From: Octopus vulgaris
Lineage: Eukaryota
Direction: 5' to 3'
Length of the DNA stretch: 64,000 bases
Assembly: GCA_951406725.2 (NCBI GenBank)
Contig: OX597818.1
Coordinates: 53,878,001-53,942,000, forward strand
Part shown: in pieces, positions 55,741 through 64,000 of the stretch
Layout: the number at the start of each line of letters is the position of its first letter
Numbering within the stretch: the first letter of the stretch is position 1
Position numbers and translations under genes: made by a program
Notes under the pieces: generated by a model
What the model was told of the DNA's origin: nothing
Databases searched by the model: none
What the model saw: the letters and a program-made list of their open reading frames with translations, nothing else

Positions 55741-57578
55741 GGAAGAGGAAGAGGAAGAAAAAGGAAGAGGAAGGAAAAGGAAGAAAAAGGAAGAGGAAGG
55801 AAAAGGAAGAAAAAGGAAGAGGAAGAAGAAGAAGAAGAAGAAGAAGAAGAAGAAGAAGAAGAAGAAGAAGATGATGATGAAGAAGAGAATAGGAAGAAAA
55901 AAGGAGAAGAAATAAAAGAAGAAGAAATGAAAGAAGAAGATGTAGTAAAGGAAAAGGAAGAAGTGGAAGAAAAGGTAGAAGAAGAAGAGGAATAAAAAGA
56001 AGAAGATTGTCCCAGCATGATTAAAATTTCAGTAACTTAAACAAAGTCGCTAATTTTGGGTCACTAATTTTAGCAGCTCATCAGATGTTATTAGTGATGC
56101 AGCCAATTCCACAGGCTTCCACCCCACTTTCCATCTACACAGTTTCACTTACAAAACTCAGAGATCAACCCAAACTAAGATGGAAATCCCTTGCCCTGGG
56201 AGAATCAAACCCAAGACTTCATGATTGGAAAGCAAACTGCTTAAGCTTTCAGCCAAGCTTGCACCTTCTGGTATTATGTTAAATGATACACTTGCAAAGA
56301 ATATAACACACAACCCTTAATCTCTCTTTTACTCTTTTACTTGTTTCAGTCATTTGACTGCGGCCATGCTGGAGCACCGCCTTTAGTCGAGCAAATCGAC
56401 CCCGGAACTTATTCTTTGTAAGCCCAGTACTTATTCTATCGGTCTCTTTTGCCGAACCGCTAAGTGATGGGGACGTAAACACACCAGCATCGGTTGTCAG
56501 GCAAAGCTAGGGGGACAAACACATACATACATATATATACATATATACGACAGGCTTCTTTCAGTTTCCGTCTACCAAATCCACTCACAAGGCATTGGTC
56601 GGCCCGGGGCTATAGCAGAAGACACTTGCCCAAGATGCCACGCAGTGGGACTGAACCCGGAACCATGTGGTTGGTTAGCAAGCTACTTACCACACAGCCA
56701 CTCCTGCGCCTGAGCATAACTCTTTTTAAGAAGCATTGTCTATCTTTTCTATTGCTAACGTTTAATAGAAATAAGATTTAGTATATGTTGCAAGATGCAG
56801 CATTGAATAAAATATATTTGTGTAAAATCATATTTAACATGTCTAGGTGCATTTGAACATGATAAAACCTGCTGCTGCAGAAACAGTCCTAGGAGAAATC
56901 TCTTCTCCAAGACATGTGTGGGCTATGGAATTTGTCGTTGGATAACAGGATGCATGTGTCTCTACATCTTTTTGCCTAGTCAACTACAAAGCAGATCTGT
57001 CATTTGCAGCCCAAAAAGAAAACAGAATATGGTACATTTGTTCATCATCATCATCATTGTTTAACGTCTGCTTTCCATGCTAGCATGGGTTGGATAATTT
57101 GACTGAGAACTGGCGAACCACTTGGCTGCACCAGGCTCCAGTCTGATCTGGTAGAGTTTCTACAGCTGGATGCCCTTCATAATGCCAACCACTCCGAGAG
57201 TGTAGTGGGTGCTTTTACGTACCACCGGCACGAGGATCAGTCAAGCGGTACTGGCAACGGCCATGCTCAAGTGGTGTTTTTTTAACGTGCCACCTGCACA
57301 GGAGCTAGTCCAGTGGCACTGGCAACAACCTCGCTCGAATGTTTTCCACGTGCCAGGAAGGCGACGCTGGATGTATGTAAAGTTTGACTAAGCTAAAATA
57401 AAATAAATCATATTGCACAAAGCAGTGTTGAATAGAATATATTCGTGTGAAGTTATATTTAATGCATTCAATGCAGTCAGATGTCATAAGACCTTCCAAG
57501 GCATTCACAGCCCAATTGTACACATAACAACATTTCTTTATCAGAAACACAAAAGATATATATGGAAGAGTATATTAC

Positions 57579-57675
57579 CTGTATGATATCAACATCACAT
57601 TCATCCCCAGACTTTACACCTGGAAGTTCAACAGCTACACACAAACTGTCAGCATTGCTACTGTCTAAAGTGTAC
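57579..57675 (-). CDS. PIH1D2: PIH1 domain-containing protein 2-like, penultimate coding exon
   Basis: TTTCAG| then YTLDSSNADSLCVAVELPGVKSGDECDVDIIQ then |GTAATA. 97 bp with consistent phases. Confidence 0.8.
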
Positions 57676-57748
57676 CTGAAAAACAGACAAATACATGACA
57701 TCAGGGAAATGTGAAATGTAAGTGTGTGTGAAAGTGTTTATGCCTTTG

Positions 57749-58323
57749 TTAAGTTAAGTTAATTTTTTGGCTCAAAAAGCAAAAAGCAAGGCCATGTAGG
57801 GGGACATGGAGTTATGTACAGGGAGGGCGTTCATGCAAAGAGTTCAGGCCATTTGTGGTCAAGGGAGACTTTGAACCGAGCGGTCATCGGCATCTTCACT
57901 ATCTCGTCCGGCAGCTTATTCCACAGATCCGCAACCCGGACGGAGAAAGCCCCTCTCCTTCAATTGAGATGAAATCGTCGCAGATAGAGCTTTTCGAAGT
58001 GACCCCGCAGCCGACATTCTGGAGCAGGAGTGAAGAACAGCTCTTTCGAGAGGTTACACTTTCCGCTTATGATGTTGTGAGCAAGAATGAGATCACCACG
58101 GCGGCGGCGTTTTTCAAGAGAATAAAGGTCGAGCGTCTTCAGCCTTTCTTTATAAGACAAATGCTTGAGATCAAGAACCATGCGGGTAGCCAGCTTCTGG
58201 ACTCTTTCGAGATGCTGTATGTCTTTGAGGAGATAAGGAGGAGAGGCTTGAATCCCGTACTCCAATATGGGTCTCACCAGTGTGACATAGAGTGGTAGGA
58301 ATATGGCTGCTCTGAGCATTCCG
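57749..58323 (-). mobile_element. CR1-like LINE 3' end
   Basis: LYVTLVRPILEYG...LERVQKLATR...SYKERL..LDLYSLEKRRRRGDLI...LRGH...FSVRVADLWNKLP. (TTAAC)n tail. Confidence 0.9.
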
Positions 58324-58445
58324 AATGACCGTCAAATCAAAAACAAAACTCTGCGTACCTGTATGAATGTGTGTGTGTGTGTGTGTGTGTGTAACAATAT
58401 GTACTACTTGTTTGTATATACATTACATGTCACATGTGTGATGGG

Positions 58446-58830
58446 TTGTTGTTGGCATCCTTTTTGTCTCGGGAGACAATGGAGTTGCGCATAAAATAAC
58501 CTAGTCCGGCTTTTACATTTCATGTCCTAAATACACCTACAGCAGCACTGAAGTGTCCTCTCCAGTTTTGCGCAGGCCTGGGCTAGAAATAAGAAAATCC
58601 TGGGTAGCCCAATCATCAGGATTTCTCTCTCGACCTTGCTGACGTAGTCCCAAAGGAGTGCAGAGCATTACGTTTGGCACCAGCTTGGTTGCAGGAGCTG
58701 CCAGAAGAGTGTCGAGTCGAACACTAAACCGCCTTCGGGGCTCCACTCCAGATTTCTTTGAAGGTTGTCTCCTTTCCATAACCTTAGATAGGGGCCCATA
58801 CTGGGTATTGTCAGCCAGAGCCAGCTGAGC
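58446..58830 (-). mobile_element. Probable non-autonomous RTE-like element (5'/3' bipartite)
   Basis: Minus strand ends TTGTCTCCCGAGACAAAAAGGATGCCAACAAC (RTE-like 3' stem and CAA tail). Recognition is from memory of RTE ends. Confidence 0.45.
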
Positions 58831-59695
58831 CTGGGACTCGTGTCAGGCATGCTAATGTTAAATGTGTGATCTGTTGCTAATATTACATTTGTAGTTAATG
58901 CTATGTTGCTAATGTTATACATTTAGTAAATGCAATGCTGAGTTGGTAATATCACATGAGTAGTGGATGCTGCTAATGACTGGTATCTGCCACTTTCTAT
59001 AAAAGTACACTGCTCCAATAACAGATATCAGTATGGTACGTCCATATTTTTTCTGGACATTTTCAGCTCTTGAGAGAACTAAACATCATCATCATCATCA
59101 TCATTTAACGTCCGCTTTCCATGCTAGCATGGGTTAGACGATTTGACTGAGGGCTGGCGAACCAGATGGCTGCACCAGGCTCCAATCTTGATCTGGCAGA
59201 GTTTCTACAGCTTGATGCCCTTCCTAACGTCAACCACTCCGAGAGTGTAGTGGGTATTTTACATGCCACAGGCACAGGGGCCAGTCAGGCGGTATTGGCA
59301 ACGACCTCACTTGAATCTTTTTACACGTGCCACCGGCACAAGTGCCAGTAAGGTGACACTGGTAATGATCACGCTCAAATGGTGCTTTTTATGTGCCACC
59401 GGCACGGAAGCCAGTTAGCTGCTCTGGCAACAATAATGCTCAGGTGGTGCTCTTAGTATCCTACTAGCACAGGGCACAAGTGCCAGTGAGGCGATGCTGG
59501 TAACAATCACACCAGCATCGCCTTACTGGTGTGATCATTACCAGTATCGCCTCACTGGCACTTGTCTCAGTTATCTCAATACTTACTCTCACCCCTGCTC
59601 TGCAGCACTTGGCAGCAAACCCATTCAGTGCATGCAGGAGATCACCTTCTGATGAACCAAGCAGCTCCATGCCAACAGCAAATATCAACCATTAA

Positions 59696-60427
59696 CCCTT
59701 TTGATACCAACCCAGCTGAAACCGGCTCTGGCCCTGAGTACAAATGTCTTGTTTTCATAACTTTTGAATTAAAATCTTCCACCAAACCTTAGTCAAAATT
59801 TATGTTCCTAACACTAGCTGAATGATATAACTAAGTTATTTTACTAAATTCTTTGTTATATTTTAAATTAATTGAAAGAAACACAGAGCATCTCAACAGA
59901 AGTATGGTCACAAAAGGGTTAAAATATATGATAGAGAAACAATTCTTAACCCTTTCAATACCAACCTGGCTGAAACCGCCTCTGGCTCTCGCTCTGAGTA
60001 CAAATGTCTTGTTTTCATAACTTTTGAATTAAAATCTTCCACCAAACCTTAGTCAAAATTTATGTTCCTAACACAAGCTTAATGATAACTAAGTTATTTT
60101 ACAAAATTCTTTGTTATATTTTAAATAATTGAAAGAAACACAGAGCATCTCAATAGAAATATGGTCGCAAAAGGGTTAAAATATATAACAGAGAAATAAT
60201 TCTTAACCCTTTCGTTACCAACCCAGCTGAAACGGCTCTGGTTCTGTAGTACAAAGGTCTTGTTTTTATGTTTTGAATTAAAATCTTCCACCAAACCTCA
60301 GTCACAATTTATGTTCCTAACACCAGCTTAATGATAACTGTAAGTTATTTTACTAAATTCTTTGTTATATTTAAAATTAATTGAAAGCAACACAGAGCAT
60401 CTCAAAATAAATACAGTAACAAAAGGG
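59696..60427. mobile_element. Three tandem piggyBac-like MITEs (59696-59918, 59950-60175, 60207-60427)
   Basis: Each is TTAA-CCCTTT...AAAGGG-TTAA (last flank TTTA), with homologous spacers. Confidence 0.85.
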
Positions 60428-61174
60428 TTTATCTCTCCTATACCCACCAAATACAAGCAGCTGAAATGGGGGTTCCTCTGAAATAGGTCTCTGAAGTAAC
60501 AGAGGGCATAGCTTGGGGATCAGTGAGTCTCTCCAGGTCAAACTGCTATCTTTCTGCATTGAGGGGACACAGACCGGTACCAGGACTATGTGATTAGAAT
60601 GTTGCAGGAAAGAATCACATGATGGCTTCTTCAAACGGAGCCAACCAGAACAAGATGATTAGGTAATATCCTATTTCTCAATTGGTCATGCTTGTGAATC
60701 TAGTGAGAAGGTATAATGGTGGTTGCATCTGATAAGACCTTATCAAGGAGATACCTGAAGACTCTACTCCCATGACCCTCCCAGTAAAATTGGTCCGGAA
60801 AAATGGACAGATGGATCTTCAGCCCTTGACGGTACCATCTTCTGCCAGCAAGCAAGAAAGAATCTAAAAGTCCGTTTTGGTTACTGAGTACAAATGCTAC
60901 TTTTTGTCACTGCTTGGTAGTAGATGCAACTACTATAACAATACCATTTCAAGTTTTGATAACAGAAGAAGAAGAAGAAGAAGAAGGAGAAGGAGAAGGA
61001 GAAGAAGAAGAAGAAGCAGAAGAAGAAGAAGAAGAAGAAGTGGAAGAAGAAGGAGAGTAGGAAGAAGAAGAAGAAGAAGAAGAAGAAGAAGAAGAAGAAG
61101 GAGAGTAGGAAGAAGAAGAAGAAGAAGATGAAGAAGAAGAAGAAGAAGAAGAAGGAGAGTAGGAGGAAGAAGAA

Positions 61175-61221
<47 letters not shown>

Positions 61222-61297
61222 AGAAGAAGAAGAAGAAGAAGAAGAAGGAAAAATAAAGAAAGAAAGAAAGAAAAAGGAAAGAAAAAGAAATCCAAAC

Positions 61298-61712
61298 CTC
61301 GGTTCCTTAACTGGTAATTCTTCAATTAACTTTGGTTTCCTTTCTGTCTGGGGTCGTTCCTTGGACAGATTAATTAACGGAGAACTTTCTGGCTTCTCAC
61401 TCTGTTGTGGTAGCTTAATACTATCCAGCTTACTATTAATGGCATTTCCATTTATGTCAGGAACTGTGTTTTGCTTCTTCTTACAGACTTCTTTATTCAA
61501 AGACTGCAGAAATCTTTTAATATCACCTTTGCATTCCTTTTTGTCAAAGAATGAAAAATCACTTGTAACCAGAGAGAACGGTATTTCTGCCTGAATGTTC
61601 TCTAATAGATACTCTACCAAATTCTGCTGCTCCTTTAAAAGGGATCCGTTTGGTGCCAGTTTGCTGGTCAGAAGAGGATTCAGGGCAACTAAAATATGAG
61701 GCTTATTAGGTT
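61298..61712 (-). CDS. PIH1D2: PIH1 domain-containing protein 2-like, internal exon (upstream exons not found in the window)
   Basis: TTCCAG| then PNKPHILVALNP...LVEYLLENIQ...KPKLIEELPVKEPR then |GTTTGG. Splices in frame to 57675. An LIEE motif precedes the CS-like domain as in PIH1 proteins. Confidence 0.75.
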
Positions 61713-63162
61713 CTGGAATTAGAAAAAAATTAGAATTAGAAAAAAGATGGGGGAGATAAATATCAAAAAGAATTCTTCAAGTGCATATCCCATTTATAAC
61801 AAATTTCGACATTTTTTAATTCTTTTATTGGTTTCAGGAATTGGACTACAGCCATAGCAAAGTACCACCTTCAAGGGAATTTTAAAATTTATGATATTAG
61901 AGACTGGCACAGTCCTCTGGTTTGTTGGCTGCTGTCAAATTGTCAAGGCTAAGTCCTCTTGCTTATTGGTGGTGACTGTCAAATTGTCAAACCTAAGTCA
62001 GAATGGAAAACAGATGTCAAACGAGGAGGAGGAGGAGGAGGCGGAGGGGTTTGAAGAAGAAGAAGAAGAAGAAGAAGAAGAAGAAGAAGAAGAAGAAGAA
62101 GAAGAAGAAGAAGAAGAAGAAGAAGAAGAAGGAAGAAGAAGAAGAAGAAGAAGAAGAAGAAGAAGAAGAAGAAGAGGGACAGTAGGAAGAAGAAGAAGAA
62201 GAAGAAGAAGGAGAAATGGGGAAGGGGAAAGGAGGGTGGGGGGAAGGGGAAGAAGAGGAGGAAGGAGAATCCAAACCTCGGTTCCTTAACTGGTAATTCT
62301 TCAATTAACTTTGGTTTTCTTTCTGTCTGGGGTCTTCTGGACATAGACTCAGACTCACCAAAGTCTAGTGAGTGGATTTGCTAGATGGAAACTGAAGGAA
62401 GCCTATTGTACATACATATATATATAGAGAGAGATGCACAAGTGGCTGTGTGGTAAGTAGCTTTCTTACCAACCACATGGTTCCGGGTTCAGTCCCACTG
62501 CATGACACCTTGGACAAGTGTCTTCTACTATAGCCTCGAGCCAACCAAAGCCTTGTGAGTGGATTTGGTAGCCAGAAACTGAAAGAAGCCCATGTGTGTG
62601 TGTGTAAGTACATGTTTGTGTGTCTGTGTTTTTTCCCCACCATCGCTTGACAACCAATGACAACTGATGTTGGAGTATTTACATCCCTCTAACTTATCAG
62701 TTCAGCAAAAGAGACCAATAGAATAAGTACTAGGCTTACAAAGAATAAGTCCTGAGGTTGATTTACTCGAATAAAGGCGGTGCTCCAGCATGGCTGCAGT
62801 CAAGTGACTGAAACAAATAAAAGAATAAGAGAATATTTATATATATATATGTCATTATGCAGAGAAAGAGGGCATTAAATGATGGTGATTCTATCCAACA
62901 CACTAATGACCCTGCCAATTAAATAAATCCTAGAGAGAAGTCGAGAGCTTAATGGCATTCCGTTATAAAATGAAAATCACCCTTTCCTTAAGAATATATA
63001 AATGTGCAACACGATATCATCATCATCATCATCATCATCATCCTTTAGCATCTGTTGTCCATGGGTTGGATGGTTTAACCAGGGCTGGTAAGCTGAGGGG
63101 CTGCACCAGACTCCAGTCTGATTTGGCATGGTTTCTATCACCAGGTGCCCTTCCTAATACCA

Positions 63163-63198
<36 letters not shown>

Positions 63199-63584
63199 CT
63201 TCATCATCGTTTAATGTCTGCTTTCCATGCTAGAATGGGTTGGACGATTTGACTGAGGGCTGGCGAACCAGATGGCTGCACCAGGCTCCAATTTTGATCT
63301 GGCAGGGTTTCTACAGCTGGATGCCCTTCCTAATGCCCCCCCCCCCCCCGAGTGTAGTGGGTGCTTTTACATAGCATCGGCACGAGGGCCAGTCAGGCGG
63401 TACTGACAACAGCCACACTCAAATGATGTTTTTTACATGCCACCTGCACAGGAGCCAGTCCAGCGGCACTGGCAACAACCTTGCTTGAATGTTTTTTCAC
63501 ATGTCACCGGAACAAGTGCCAGACGCTGGCAATGATCACGATTGAATGGTGCTTTTTACGTATATATATATGTGTGTGTGTATA

Positions 63585-63632
<48 letters not shown>

Positions 63633-64000
63633 TAACTATACATCATCCTCATCATTTAATGTCTGTTTGCTATGCTGGCATGGGTTGGCTGGTTTGACCT
63701 GGGCTGGTAAGCTGAGGGGCTGCACCAAACTCCAGTATGATCTGGCATGGTTTCTACAACTGGATGCCCTTCCTAATGCCAACCACTCCAAGAATGTAGT
63801 GGGTGCTTTTACATACCACCAGCACAGGCGCCAGTTGCATGACACCAGTATCTGCCACAACTATAGTTTCATTTGGCTTGATGGGTCTTCTTCTCAAGCA
63901 CAGTATATTACCAAAGATCTCGGCCATTTGTCATTGCCTCCATGAGGCTCAAAGCTCAAAAGGTACTCGAAAGTATATATAATGAAAAGAGGACAGACAG

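Overview
Eukaryotic, AT-rich and repeat-dominated genomic DNA. The SINE families and microsatellite load suggest a cephalopod (Octopus-like) genome, which is an inference. Most ORFs in the track are microsatellite artefacts. Real host coding is limited to the last three exons of a PIH1D2-like gene on the minus strand (61712-52915) and an isolated, apparently frameshifted exon with a signal peptide and TSP1-like domain (~36801-37051, +). The rest is dozens of tRNA-derived SINEs (at least four families), decayed LINEs (RTE, CR1, R4/Dong-like, CRE-like), mariner and maT transposons, MITEs, a non-autonomous Helitron and long simple repeats. The most interesting signal is a set of Penelope-like (RT + C-terminal GIY-YIG) elements and short non-coding derivatives. 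Most abut microsatellites, many are fold-backs, and they carry at least six minimal type-I hammerhead ribozyme motifs with palindromic stem III. Both coding Penelope elements have a covaried U3-A8 core (UUGANAA) in place of CUGANGA. One young copy has an inverted terminal repeat that also duplicated about 300 bp of flanking host DNA. All folds and alignments were done by eye.
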